NCBI GenBank assembly: GCA_963817525.1
Contig: CAWFOU010000007.1
Span: forward strand, 800,001 to 864,000
Source: an uncultured archaeon
GTDB lineage: Archaea > Thermoproteota > Nitrososphaeria > Nitrososphaerales > Gagatemarchaeaceae
Reading direction: 5' to 3'
Length of the DNA: 64,000 bases
The notes under the pieces are model-generated. The model saw nothing but the letters and a program-made list of their open reading frames with translations. It searched no databases and had not been told where the DNA came from. Below, in pieces: positions 17,801 through 27,604 of this stretch (position 1 is the stretch's first letter; each line of letters begins with the position of its first letter). The translations under genes were made by a program, and so were the position numbers.

Positions 17801-18298
17801 TCAGGAAGTCGCCGCAACCATGCATATCAGGATGGCTATCAGCAGCACCAGCCCTATCCCGGCCGATATCTTCAGCCTCATCGCGAGCCTCTGCAGACCG
17901 GGCGGCGGAGCTGTCTGATTCTTCACGAACTCTTTGGTGATACCGATGATCTTTCTTCCAGTGGGATACGCCACCCCGAAGAAGACCGCCCAAGTCACGA
18001 GCGAGAGGAAGGCTCCCGCCGAGATGAACATCCCGTACGTCGTGGTGGGGGCGAGCGCGCTCATGCCCCCGGGGGCTGAGAACACGGTGAGCAACCCCAG
18101 TATGGGCGTCAAGCCGACGAAGATCATCATGTATCGGAGTATCCTTGGCAGCATCTTGATCACGACCTCCCCGCTGGTCGCCGGGGTGAAGTCGCCGATC
18201 GTGGGCCCCACGACCACTGCGAAGAGCAGGACCCCACCGAACCAGCTCGCTCCGCTGAAAATGTGGAGGAAAAGCAGCGCTGTGTTTAGTGTGACCAC
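17801..18298 (-). CDS. four-helix membrane protein (CopD/DUF2269-like)
   Basis: LFLHIFSGASWFGG N-terminal motif. Confidence 0.65.
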   Translation of the reverse strand: MVTLNTALLFLHIFSGASWFGGVLLFAVVVGPTIGDFTPATSGEVVIKMLPRILRYMMIFVGLTPILGLLTVFSAPGGMSALAPTTTYGMFISAGAFLSLVTWAVFFGVAYPTGRKIIGITKEFVKNQTAPPPGLQRLAMRLKISAGIGLVLLIAILICMVAATS

Positions 18299-18348
18299 GA
18301 GGACCTTCCGCCTTCTGAACTTATGAACCTATTCGGCTATCCGTCGCC

Positions 18349-18495
18349 TCAGACCAGCCTTGAGCCGCAGTTGGGACACGACTCTCCAAACTTGGCGCTG
18401 CAGCTCGGACAATAGTGCAAGCCGCAGCCCGTGCAGGTCCTGAAGCCAACCCCGAGCTTGTGGCAGCCCGCGCATCCCGCGGGGAAGCTGACCAT
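18349..18495 (-). CDS. small Cys-rich zinc-finger protein (48-50 aa; not in ORF track)
   Basis: MVSFPAGCAGCHKLGVGFRTCTGCGLHYCPSCSAKFGESCPNCGSRLV*, four CxxC; alternative ATG at 18501. Confidence 0.75.
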   Translation of the reverse strand: MVSFPAGCAGCHKLGVGFRTCTGCGLHYCPSCSAKFGESCPNCGSRLV

Positions 18496-18548
18496 CCCCA
18501 TGGCCGGTGGCTGTAGCCCGCAGATGAAAACGCTTTCCGTCCGTCGCC

Positions 18549-19118
18549 TTAGTGGACTTCGGCCGAGAGCATGTCGATCTTCGTGACTATCCCATCAACC
18601 TTGTCGCCCGTCGCGACCAGGACCGCGGGTACGAACTTGAAGAGGGAGAACAGCGCCTCGATCGGCGTGTCCGTGCTCACTATCGGGAAGGGCGGCTGCA
18701 TCACGCTCGAGATGGGCTTGGAGAGGATGGTCCGCGGGTCGTCCAGCCCGCTGAGGAGGGCCACTATCTGGTTCTCGGTTATCGAGCCCGCCAGCTTGTT
18801 GCCGGAGTAGACAGGGATCTGCGAGATGTTGCTCTTCCTCATCAGGTTGATGCTCTCGGATATCGACACCGACGATTGGACGGAGACGACCGGGGACGAC
18901 ATTACGTCCGAGGCCTTCTTCCCCTCCATCCTGATGTGGGACCTGAGGGCCTCCGAGATGGACTTCATCGTGCTGAACGAAGGGTCTACGAGGCCTGACT
19001 CGAGCTTGGCGATGAGCGACTGGCTCACGCCCGCTGCCTTTGCGAGCTCTGATTGCGTGATCCCGAGCTGGACTCTAATCTTCTTGAGCTGCTTGGGGTC
19101 TATTGTGGAGACGGACAC
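18549..19118 (-). CDS. XRE-HTH + CBS-pair transcriptional regulator
   Basis: GITQSELAKAAGVSQSLIAKLESG plus two CBS domains. Confidence 0.9.
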   Translation of the reverse strand: MSVSTIDPKQLKKIRVQLGITQSELAKAAGVSQSLIAKLESGLVDPSFSTMKSISEALRSHIRMEGKKASDVMSSPVVSVQSSVSISESINLMRKSNISQIPVYSGNKLAGSITENQIVALLSGLDDPRTILSKPISSVMQPPFPIVSTDTPIEALFSLFKFVPAVLVATGDKVDGIVTKIDMLSAEVH

Positions 19119-19164
19119 AAGGAACCCGTCTTGACATTCATATATGAATTTTTTGACGCCCCGT

Positions 19165-19440
19165 TTATGAGAGGTTTACGGGCTTCCCAGCCGTCAGCGT
19201 CTCCTTGGGAAGACGGTCCTTCCATTTGCTGAGGAACTCCATGTCCTCCCTCCTGCTGCGTAGCTCGTCGGGGAGCATCACCGGGATTTCGTCGATGATC
19301 GGGTAGAACCTGCCGCAGGCCTCGCAGAGAAGCGCCCCGTCCACCACGACGTCGGGCACCTTCGCGGAGAACTCGAGGAGCTGGAGCGGATAGTGCTTGT
19401 CGATCGGGCAAGCAAGGATGTCGAGGAGCTTTCGTCGCAT
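19165..19440 (-). CDS. trm112: Trm112 methyltransferase activator
   Basis: LLDILACPIDK...LLCEACGRFYPIIDEIPVMLPD. Confidence 0.9.
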   Translation of the reverse strand: MRRKLLDILACPIDKHYPLQLLEFSAKVPDVVVDGALLCEACGRFYPIIDEIPVMLPDELRSRREDMEFLSKWKDRLPKETLTAGKPVNLS

Positions 19441-19487
19441 TCGTTTTCCCCGGCCTCTCGGTTTGATATAACGCTTGCCGAGCGCCG

Positions 19488-20165
19488 CTAGCGCTTGTCT
19501 CCGGTGACGAGCGCGACGGCGAACCCGTCGTACCCCTTGCCGCTCACCGTCTGTATCACGGTCGCGCTGACCCGCGGGTCCTTGTGGATGAGCTCGACGA
19601 GGCGGCGCACTCCGACCACGTTGGGGTCTCGGCTCTTGGCGTCGACCACCTCGCCCTCGCGCACGACGTTGTCCACGACGATGAGGCTGCCGGGGCGCGA
19701 GAGCCTGAGGGCCCACTCGAAGTAGTCGGGATTGCTGGGCTTATCGGCATCTATGAACGTCAGGTCGAACGGGCCCTCGCGGGACGCGGCGAGCTTGGGG
19801 AAGGTCTCAAGCGCCGGTCCAAGGCGGACCTCGACAGTGTCGGAGAGCCCGGCCCGTTTGATGTTTGCGCGGGCGACCTTCGCCGCGTTGGGGTCGACCT
19901 CCAGCGAGAGCAGGCGGCCTCCAGCAGGCAGTGCGCTCGCCATCCAGATGGCGCTGTACCCGCCCAGTGTCCCTATCTCGAGGATCTTGCGCGCCCCCTG
20001 CACGCGGGCGAGGAGCCATAGCAACCTCCCCTGGCTGGGGGTGACGTTGATCGGGGGCAGGCCCGCCGAGGAGCTCGCCTTGAGCGCGGCGTCCATCGCG
20101 GGGTCCGCGGGTATGAGCAGCCCGTCAAAATACCGCTCGACCTCGGTCCACAGTTTCGTTGCCAT
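19488..20165 (-). CDS. SAM-dependent O-methyltransferase (caffeoyl-CoA OMT-like)
   Basis: ILEIGTLGGYS, FDLTFIDADK, IVVDNV. Confidence 0.9.
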   Translation of the reverse strand: MATKLWTEVERYFDGLLIPADPAMDAALKASSSAGLPPINVTPSQGRLLWLLARVQGARKILEIGTLGGYSAIWMASALPAGGRLLSLEVDPNAAKVARANIKRAGLSDTVEVRLGPALETFPKLAASREGPFDLTFIDADKPSNPDYFEWALRLSRPGSLIVVDNVVREGEVVDAKSRDPNVVGVRRLVELIHKDPRVSATVIQTVSGKGYDGFAVALVTGDKR

Positions 20166-20209
20166 GCCCCGGAGGGCGCCTCCACGACATATATGGTTGG
20201 CCGTCCCGG

Positions 20210-21898
20210 CTAGCGGCTTGTCCGGCCCCAGTAGTGGCGCACCAAGGCCGCAGCCGCCAGCAGGACCATGATTATCCCGGTGAACATCACGGAGGCGGCG
20301 GCGACCGCTCCGAACACCGACGTGTCCGAGTTGTAGTATTGCAGCAGGAGGGTCGTGAACGTGGGCGTGGCCGCGGTAGCCAGGATCACGACGCCGCCCA
20401 GCTCGCGCATCGAGTCGATGAGCGTGTAGACGAAGCTGTTGAAGAGGCCCTCCTTGATCAGGGGCATGAGGATTCTCGTGAACGTCCTGGTGAACCTCGA
20501 CCCCGCGACCTGGGACGCGTCCTCCAGGTCGTTGGAGATCTGCACCATGTTCGACGAGACTATACGCGTCGAGAACGGGAGGCGTATGAAGACCAGGGCT
20601 ATCACGAGGGGCCATATGGTCCCGTAGAGCACGCTCAGGCCCGGGATGAGGAGGAACGTCCAGAAGAGGGCCACCCCGTAGACCACCCCTGGGAAGGCGA
20701 GGGGCACCGCCGAGATGAAATCCGCGAACCTCGCACCCCTCGTCCTGCTCTTGAGGGCCATGTAGGAGAGCAGGGCGCCGATCATCGTCGCCAGCGCCGC
20801 GGCTATGAGGCCGAACGACAGCGTCGTCCGCAGAGAGTCAAAGAGAAAAGGTATCTTGAGGGCGACGAGGTAGAAGGCAGGGAAGTTGACCTGGACGCTG
20901 TTGAGGTTGGAGGCGAATATCTTCGCGCTCGAGATGAAGACCAGGCCCCCGAACGGGAGGATGAACTCGAAGAACAGGATGGCGAAGCAGACCAGGGCGG
21001 CCAAGTACCTGTAGGAGCCTAGCCTCTGGAGCCGAGCCGTCGCTGACCGGCCAGTCACGACCTGGAACTTGAAGGACTGCCGGGTGGACAGGATGTAGGC
21101 GCTCACGCAGACGATGGTGATTGCCGCGTAGAGGACGCTGACGTCCCCCGCGCTCCCGTAAGCGGGAGGGATCCTCTGCTCCGCGTAGAAATAGACCTCG
21201 GTGGCGAGGAAGCGGAGGCCTCCAGGCTCCCCGAGGACGAAGGGGAACTCGAAGGCCCCGACCCCCCCGATTATCGCGAGGATGAAGGCCGACAGGACGG
21301 CGGGCCTTACGAGCGGGACGGTCACCCTCCCGAAGGTGCTGAGCACGCCCCTGCCGGATACCCTCGAGGCCTCCTCGAGCGACGAGTCGAACGACTTCAT
21401 CGCCGCCAGCGTGATGAGGTAGACTATCGGGACGTTCGTGAACGACTGGACGAATATCAGTCCGGCCATCGTCTCTATGTTGATCACCGGCGCGCCGGGG
21501 CCGAAAGCCAGCTTCAGCAGGGAGTTGATTACCCCCGAGTTGGGGTTCAGCATGAAGTCCCACGAAAAGGCCTTGAACAGCAGGGGGACGCTCAGGCCCA
21601 GGATGGGGAGAAGCTCGAGGACGCGCTTCCCGGGGACGTCGGTCCTGGCGACCAGCCAGGCGTAGGTCGTCGCGAATATGGTGGTGAAGATGGCGCTGAC
21701 TATGCTGAACTCGAGCGTGTTCTCAATCTCGTTGAGGGTGCTCGGGAGGGTGATGTAGCGCCAGAACGTGAAGGTTGACGTGCCCAGTAGAGGGAAGAAC
21801 GAGATCCCGACGACGAGGGCGAAGACGGGGATGACGAGGAGGATGAACACGACCAGGGATATGGCGAGCAGGGTCCTGGTCCCGTACACCCGGTCCAC
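20210..21898 (-). CDS. ABC transporter permease, Fe3+/thiamine family (duplicated TM domain)
   Basis: two EAA loops (SLEEASRVSG, DLEDASQVAG). Confidence 0.88.
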   Translation of the reverse strand: MDRVYGTRTLLAISLVVFILLVIPVFALVVGISFFPLLGTSTFTFWRYITLPSTLNEIENTLEFSIVSAIFTTIFATTYAWLVARTDVPGKRVLELLPILGLSVPLLFKAFSWDFMLNPNSGVINSLLKLAFGPGAPVINIETMAGLIFVQSFTNVPIVYLITLAAMKSFDSSLEEASRVSGRGVLSTFGRVTVPLVRPAVLSAFILAIIGGVGAFEFPFVLGEPGGLRFLATEVYFYAEQRIPPAYGSAGDVSVLYAAITIVCVSAYILSTRQSFKFQVVTGRSATARLQRLGSYRYLAALVCFAILFFEFILPFGGLVFISSAKIFASNLNSVQVNFPAFYLVALKIPFLFDSLRTTLSFGLIAAALATMIGALLSYMALKSRTRGARFADFISAVPLAFPGVVYGVALFWTFLLIPGLSVLYGTIWPLVIALVFIRLPFSTRIVSSNMVQISNDLEDASQVAGSRFTRTFTRILMPLIKEGLFNSFVYTLIDSMRELGGVVILATAATPTFTTLLLQYYNSDTSVFGAVAAASVMFTGIIMVLLAAAALVRHYWGRTSR

Positions 21899-21953
21899 CC
21901 GCTTCTACGCAGAGCGGCGGGTCCGTCGCCCATCAGGATAATGGGGCACGGAG

Positions 21954-23216
21954 TTAGTAGCCCAAGAAGATGTTCTCAAAGGTGTCGCTCCAGGACCCGG
22001 GGTTCCGGAAGAGTGTGGTGTTTGAATATGTCGAAAACGCGTCGACGAGCTTGTAGTCAGCCGGGAGGTATTGGAGGAGCGGCGCGCCGACCGCAGTCTG
22101 GTATGGGAGGTGGTTGGTCTCGTAGGTGGCCTGCTGTCCTTGCGGGGAGATCAACCAGGACTCGACGAGCTTCGCCATCGCGGGATGCGGCGCGTTGGTC
22201 GTTATCGCCACCACTCCCGGGGCATACACTAGGGGCTCGATGTCGACCAGCTTGAGAGGCGCGTTCGGGTCGCCCTTGAGCGCGGTCACGTAGCTGTCCA
22301 GCGTGTCGACCCCTATCGCCGCCTGCCCGTTGAGGACGTCCGACTCGGCCGTCCCCGCAGTGCCTGGGAGGTCGGGGTGGTTCTTTGAGATGCCCTGCAT
22401 GAGGCTCGTCCACTGGCCTGATGTGTTGCCCATCGTCTCGTAGAGGTAGTAGAACTCCGACCCCGTAATGTCTAGCGCCGCCGGATTTTGGAATGACAGC
22501 TTGTTGTTGTAGATGGGGTTGTCCAGGGCCGCCCAGCTGGTGGGGACCTCGTTGGCCGGCACGAGGGTCGGGTTGTAGATCATGAAGACGATTGCGAGGT
22601 CCGTGGTGACCCAGGCCGGGCCCACGGCGTCGGCCGTGTAGTTCATGAACTGCACCTCCGGGCTCGTGTAGTTCATGAGCGCGCCGCCCTGGTAGTCAGG
22701 GATCAGCGTGGCGAGGGCGCCCGTCACGAGGTCAGCGTAGACGTTGTGGGTCTGGTAGTTGGAAAGGATGTCCGTGGTCTCGTCCGAGGCCGAGAGGCTC
22801 GTATAGGTGACCTTGCCTGCGGCCCAAGGATACTGCTGGTCGAACAGAGGCCCATAGTACTCCGCCCAGTTGCCCGCGTCCTGCGTGGTGTAGATGGTGA
22901 GGCAATTCGCCTGCCCCGAGCACTCCGCCTGCGCCGCCGCAGCTAGGCTCGCCATCACGGCGGTCTGGTTCGCACCAGAAGAGGAACTGGAGGCCGCCGA
23001 GGAGCTGGATGAGCTGGACAGGGCGCTCGAGAAGATGCTGGAGGTCGCCGCGCTGCTACTGGTCAAGCTCGAAAAGGCCGAGCTGCTCGTGGAGGTGCTC
23101 GAGGCAGACGAGCTTGTGCCCGACAGGAAGTACCCGCCGACCCCGGCGATGGCAAAGGCGATGACGATAACCACCGCTGCGACGGCCGTCGAGATCCCTG
23201 TCCTCGAAGGGCGCAC
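21954..23216 (-). CDS. ABC substrate-binding protein, Fe3+/thiamine-like
   Basis: N-terminal anchor, Ser linker, IYNPTLV...PTSW, APHPAMAKL...SPQGQ. Confidence 0.85.
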   Translation of the reverse strand: MRPSRTGISTAVAAVVIVIAFAIAGVGGYFLSGTSSSASSTSTSSSAFSSLTSSSAATSSIFSSALSSSSSSSAASSSSSGANQTAVMASLAAAAQAECSGQANCLTIYTTQDAGNWAEYYGPLFDQQYPWAAGKVTYTSLSASDETTDILSNYQTHNVYADLVTGALATLIPDYQGGALMNYTSPEVQFMNYTADAVGPAWVTTDLAIVFMIYNPTLVPANEVPTSWAALDNPIYNNKLSFQNPAALDITGSEFYYLYETMGNTSGQWTSLMQGISKNHPDLPGTAGTAESDVLNGQAAIGVDTLDSYVTALKGDPNAPLKLVDIEPLVYAPGVVAITTNAPHPAMAKLVESWLISPQGQQATYETNHLPYQTAVGAPLLQYLPADYKLVDAFSTYSNTTLFRNPGSWSDTFENIFLGY

Positions 23217-23302
23217 GGCTCAAGACCCCCCGCGACGAGGATTCATGCCGGCCAAACCGCGCTCGAAGATACTTAACTCTTGGGCTGGAATCTGTCCCCA
23301 CC

Positions 23303-24247
23303 TCAACCCGTGACGTTTACCGTTCCTTTCATTCCCGAGTAGATGTTGCAGATGTACGTGAACGTGCCGGGGGTGTTGAACGTATAGCTGAACACGCTGC
23401 AGGCGTCCGGCCCAAACGAGTCGATCACGCAAGGGTTGAGCACCGGGGACGTCACGCTGATGTTGTTGAAGACCACGTTATACTGCCCGTCCGCCGCGTC
23501 GGTGGAGGTGTCTATCCAATAGACCGTCGAGCCCGCCGTGACGTTGAGGTCGCCCGGGAAGAACGTGTTGAGGTTGACCGTGACCAAGTATTTGACCACC
23601 TGGACGTTGAACGAGTAGCTCGATGAAAATGTCCCAGACGACGAGTCGATCGTGAAGGCGTAGAGGCCGGGCGTGACGCTGGATGCCGCGTTTATCACCA
23701 GCTCCAAGCTCGTCGGGAAGCCGACCTCGACTTCGGTGTAGATCGTGCTGGTCGTCAGGTTGCTCCCAAAGAAGTGAAGGTCAAAGCCGCTGGGTGCCGT
23801 GGCGTTCACGGCGACCAACTCGTCGCCGGCTCCCACGTTCAGGCCCGCACCAGCGCCTTCGGCGGTGCTGGGGAGCGGCGTGATGATGAAGTTAGGGTAG
23901 ATGATCGTGTAATTCGCCGTCATCAATATCGTCCCCGGACCGCTGGAGACGGTGAAGTTGAAGAACGGGGGCGCCGCCGGAGGTGGGGTCTGGGTCGTGT
24001 TAAGGCTGGCAGAGCTCGACGCGACGGAGGACGTCGATGTGGCGCTCGAGGACGCAGTGACGCTCGACTGCGAGGTCGTGCTGGTCGCGGAGGTACTGGG
24101 CGTGGTCGTGCTGGTCACGCTAGTGGTCGTTGACTTGGACCCCTTTGGGACGGAGAACCCAACAACACCTCCTATGACTATGACGACAATGACGATGACC
24201 GCGAACGCCGTCGTGCTCAGACCCGGACGGCCGTTCCTGGGGGACAC
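23303..24247 (-). CDS. membrane-anchored protein with C-terminal cupredoxin-like domain
   Basis: TM + S/T linker; FxPGDLNVTAGSTV, PGTFTYICNIYSGMKG; start inferred. Confidence 0.7.
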   Translation of the reverse strand: MSPRNGRPGLSTTAFAVIVIVVIVIGGVVGFSVPKGSKSTTTSVTSTTTPSTSATSTTSQSSVTASSSATSTSSVASSSASLNTTQTPPPAAPPFFNFTVSSGPGTILMTANYTIIYPNFIITPLPSTAEGAGAGLNVGAGDELVAVNATAPSGFDLHFFGSNLTTSTIYTEVEVGFPTSLELVINAASSVTPGLYAFTIDSSSGTFSSSYSFNVQVVKYLVTVNLNTFFPGDLNVTAGSTVYWIDTSTDAADGQYNVVFNNISVTSPVLNPCVIDSFGPDACSVFSYTFNTPGTFTYICNIYSGMKGTVNVTG

Positions 24248-24404
24248 GATTCTTCCTCCACGTCTGGCCGCACTGTCTCTCTTAACCGTTCCGAGTGCGC
24301 GCCGGGAGCTCGGGTAGAGCATCCACCACCCCCTTGCAAAGCTAGGGAAGGCGTGGCGACTCACTGGGAAAGGGTTAAATTGCCTTGCGCGTGAGCGAGT
24401 CTCA

Positions 24405-24517
24405 GCCGGCCATAGCGTGTGGGTCCGACCTGGACTCGTCCGATCCCAGAAGTCAAACCACATGTCGTCACTGTGTTAGTGAGGTGCGAGAGCTCTCGTG
24501 AAGCAGTGATGTCGGCA
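24405..24517 (+). rRNA. rrf: 5S rRNA (stand-alone)
   Basis: GCCGGCCATAGCG...CCCAGAAGTCAAACC...TTAGTG...GCGAGAGC...GTCGGC with pairing ends; GTTAAAT TATA about 25 nt upstream. Confidence 0.85.
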
Positions 24518-24739
24518 CCCATTCATCCACCACCTACCCTGTTTTCCTCGAATATTCTTTTCTTGTATTCCCGGAGCCCTAGAGACCATCCAGGCATAGA
24601 ATCCTATACCGTAAGCGTATTTGAGCACACATGAGCCTAAGTGCAGGCGCCTATTTCTCTCCAAAACGCTTTGATTCCCGTCGAAGTCGAATTCGGTAAA
24701 ATGTTTAAGTCCAGGCCCTAGGGGCGTGTTGTTTACCCA

Positions 24740-25858
24740 ATGCCTGTACTGGCGAACATGACCCTCCAATTCGGGAGCGACGTGACCGGCCTCATCAACG
24801 TAGTGTGGCTGCTGTCGTTCTTCGTCTTCATAGTGTACGGGCAGCGGATCCAGGTTTACATAGTTGGAAACGACATTTCCAGAGCGCTCAACCGTCTGAA
24901 GCTCATGAAGGACAAGTCGAGGAAGGAGGCGGTCGACTACTTTGTGGGAACAGGAAAGACCAGCGCGGACCCGGCGACTAAGATCGACGAGTTCCTCGAG
25001 TACGTCACGATAATGCCGGTCGACCTCGACCCGCAGGGGATCGTCGGCAAGATAGAGCACATCACCGAGACCCGGGACGACAGGGTCAGGGGCGAGGTGA
25101 AGAAGATGCTCCCGAACGCCGAGCCCATCAAGGTCTCGGTGGCCGAGAACATTCTGGAGATCGCGAGCTCCCTGAACATGATCCACAAGATAGTCAGGCA
25201 CTACTATCTGCTTGGGAAGAAGACCAACTCCTACATCCTCCTCGTGCAGCTGCAGATGATAATGCCCCAGGTCCTGATGGAGGCCGACGCGCTCATCAAC
25301 GCGGTGGACACATTCAAGCTCGGGCAGCCCGTCGGCGACGGCATTGGGCCGATAATCGCGTCCAAGTACATGGTGAACCTTCCCAAGCAGACGGTCGCGA
25401 AGGACACGGTGATGTCCGTCACGGAGTACAAGGGGCGGACCCTCTACGTCCTAAAGGCGGAAGGCCCGATGGGATACGTGGGCGAACCCGGCCTCGCGAT
25501 CCAGAAGGTGATCGAGGAGATGAACATCCCTCTCAACGCCATCATCATGGTCGACGCCGCGCTGAAGCTCGAGGGCGAGAAGACGGGCGACGTGGCGGAA
25601 GGAATCGGCGCGGCCATCGGCGGGATCGGGACCGACAAGTTCCGCATCGAGGAGGTCTCGTCCAAGCACAAGGTGCCGGTCTACGCCATCCTGGTGAAGC
25701 AGAGCATCCTGGAGGCGATCACGGTCATGAGGAAGGACATCACCGACGCCAGCGACAGGGTGCACACCCTCATCGGGAACCTCATCGAGGAGCAGACGAA
25801 GGAAGGGGACAAGGTCCTCCTCGCTGGCATCGGCAACTCACTGGGGGTCGGGCAGTAG
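24740..25858 (+). CDS. DUF1512-like conserved archaeal protein
   Basis: PVDLDPQGI, GDGIGP, IMVDAALKLEGE, GIGNSLGVGQ. Confidence 0.8.
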   Translation: MPVLANMTLQFGSDVTGLINVVWLLSFFVFIVYGQRIQVYIVGNDISRALNRLKLMKDKSRKEAVDYFVGTGKTSADPATKIDEFLEYVTIMPVDLDPQGIVGKIEHITETRDDRVRGEVKKMLPNAEPIKVSVAENILEIASSLNMIHKIVRHYYLLGKKTNSYILLVQLQMIMPQVLMEADALINAVDTFKLGQPVGDGIGPIIASKYMVNLPKQTVAKDTVMSVTEYKGRTLYVLKAEGPMGYVGEPGLAIQKVIEEMNIPLNAIIMVDAALKLEGEKTGDVAEGIGAAIGGIGTDKFRIEEVSSKHKVPVYAILVKQSILEAITVMRKDITDASDRVHTLIGNLIEEQTKEGDKVLLAGIGNSLGVGQ

Positions 25859-25859
25859 G

Positions 25860-26081
25860 ATGAGCACCGCGCCCGCGCCGCAGCCCCAGCAGCAGCAGAA
25901 CCAGGCCAAGGCCAAGTTCACGGTCTACACCATCGAGGAGTGCCCCGCGTGCGGCCAGAAGACCAAGCGCGCGTTCCAGGTGGGCGACTACATCACGAAG
26001 GACGGCGCGGTCTGCAGCAAGTGCGGAAACGTGACCAAGATCACCCTGATCTACGCCGAGCCCGTGGTCAAGGCTAAGTAA
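25860..26081 (+). CDS. small zinc-ribbon protein
   Basis: CPAC...RAFQVGDY...CSKC. Confidence 0.75.
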   Translation: MSTAPAPQPQQQQNQAKAKFTVYTIEECPACGQKTKRAFQVGDYITKDGAVCSKCGNVTKITLIYAEPVVKAK

Positions 26082-26973
26082 GAATAACCAGCGAGTTCCC
26101 TTCCAGCTTCATCGTGTGCTCGAACTGCGCCACTGGAGCGTTCGACGCCTCGACGAGCGTCGGGTAGCCGCGCACTATCCTCCGACTCTCCAGCTCCGCC
26201 AGCAGCTTCGGTAGCCTCTCGCGCCCGAACTCCTTCGTGAACCACCTCGGGGTGAAAGGCAGGCTCTTCCTCGCGCCCCAGATGTGGTCGACGAGCCGGT
26301 CCAGCTCCCCTACCCCCGTCCTCTTCCGCATGATGAGAGAGTAGATCGTGACCCTCGTGTCCTTGGGGTCGTCCATCACGTACCCGGCGGCGGTGCCCAG
26401 CGTGAGGAAGGGCTCGATGGCGAAGACGTCGTCCTTCCTCAGGACGGGCTGGTTGGGCGCGTAGACGTTGGGGATGCTCTTCCCCGCGTGGACGGTGTAC
26501 TGCTCCAGCGTGTGCCCGCTCAGGTTGCTGATCGTCTTGAACCCCTCCTTGCGCGCGGCCGCCTCTATCGCCTTCCCGATCTCTCCCGTCCTAGGGTCCT
26601 TTTTGACCACGGCGATGGCCGCCTCCAGCGCCCTCTTCGTCGTCTCGAGGAGGAGCTGGTACTCGTTGTTCTCCGTGACCGTCACGGCGGTGTCGGCGAT
26701 GTAGCCGTCGAAGTGCACCCCGTAGTCTATCTTCACCACGTCCCCGCTTCCTATCCGGGTCAGGTCGCCCTCCTGGGGTGCGAAGTGCGCTGTGACGCCG
26801 TTGATGCCGATCCCCGTGGGGAAGGCGGGCTGGCCTCCCCTCCTGGCTATCTCGTCCTCGATGCTGGTCGCTATCTCCAGGCACGTCTGGGGGACCGAGA
26901 CGTTCTGGAGTATCCACTCGCGCATCTCCCTCGCGAGCCTCCCCGCCTTCACGTACTGCTCAGGAACGCCCAT
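26074..26973 (-). CDS. map: methionine aminopeptidase type II
   Basis: AFP, TAHF, DYGVHFDGYIADTA, NLSGH, AIEPF, AQFEHT. Confidence 0.95.
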   Translation of the reverse strand: MGVPEQYVKAGRLAREMREWILQNVSVPQTCLEIATSIEDEIARRGGQPAFPTGIGINGVTAHFAPQEGDLTRIGSGDVVKIDYGVHFDGYIADTAVTVTENNEYQLLLETTKRALEAAIAVVKKDPRTGEIGKAIEAAARKEGFKTISNLSGHTLEQYTVHAGKSIPNVYAPNQPVLRKDDVFAIEPFLTLGTAAGYVMDDPKDTRVTIYSLIMRKRTGVGELDRLVDHIWGARKSLPFTPRWFTKEFGRERLPKLLAELESRRIVRGYPTLVEASNAPVAQFEHTMKLEGNSLVILT

Positions 26974-27034
26974 GGGCCCTACACCTAGCCCCGACCGGAG
27001 CGATTATTATCTCCGACCCGCCCCGACCCGTGAC

Positions 27035-27541
27035 GTGGCGACCCCCTACCCAAAGTTCCCGAAGGTCGCGACAGGCGGGACCTTCGACCAGCTCCACGCG
27101 GGGCACAGGCGCCTCCTCGAGAAGGCGTTCGAGGTCGGGGACGAGGTCGTCATAGGCCTGACCTCCGACGAGTTCGCGAAGAAGGAGGGCAAGTCCCCGA
27201 AGCACCCCTACGCGACGAGGAGGGCCGACCTCGAAGCGTTCCTCAAGGCGAGGTTCCCCGGCAGGCGCTACACCATCGCGAAGCTCGACGACTACTTCGG
27301 GCCGGGGATTGCCAGCAAGGACGTCGTCGCCCTGGTCGCCAGCCCCGAGACGGGGAAGAAGGTCGACCTCGCCAACAAGACGAGGGCCCAGCGGGGCTTC
27401 CCCCCGCTCCAGCTCGCGATAGTGGACTGGGTCCTGGCCGAGGACGGGAGGCCTATCTCCTCCACCAGGATCAAGAAGGGCGAGATAGACATGGAAGGGA
27501 GGCTCATCGAGCGCAAGAGGCCAGGCGGCAGGTCGAGATGA
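27035..27541 (+). CDS. coaD: phosphopantetheine adenylyltransferase (archaeal type)
   Basis: GGTFDQLHAGH, GLTSD, SPET, ISSTRI; start inferred. Confidence 0.9.
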   Translation: MATPYPKFPKVATGGTFDQLHAGHRRLLEKAFEVGDEVVIGLTSDEFAKKEGKSPKHPYATRRADLEAFLKARFPGRRYTIAKLDDYFGPGIASKDVVALVASPETGKKVDLANKTRAQRGFPPLQLAIVDWVLAEDGRPISSTRIKKGEIDMEGRLIERKRPGGRSR

Positions 27542-27604
27542 CGACCAAAGGCCCATCCAGGGGACAGAGGAATTAATAATCCGACCCGGCGAGTCGAGCC
27601 CAGC

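Noticed and set aside
18460-18474. CAGCH as a c-type heme-binding motif
   Set aside because: No export signal and three further CxxC motifs; zinc finger is more parsimonious
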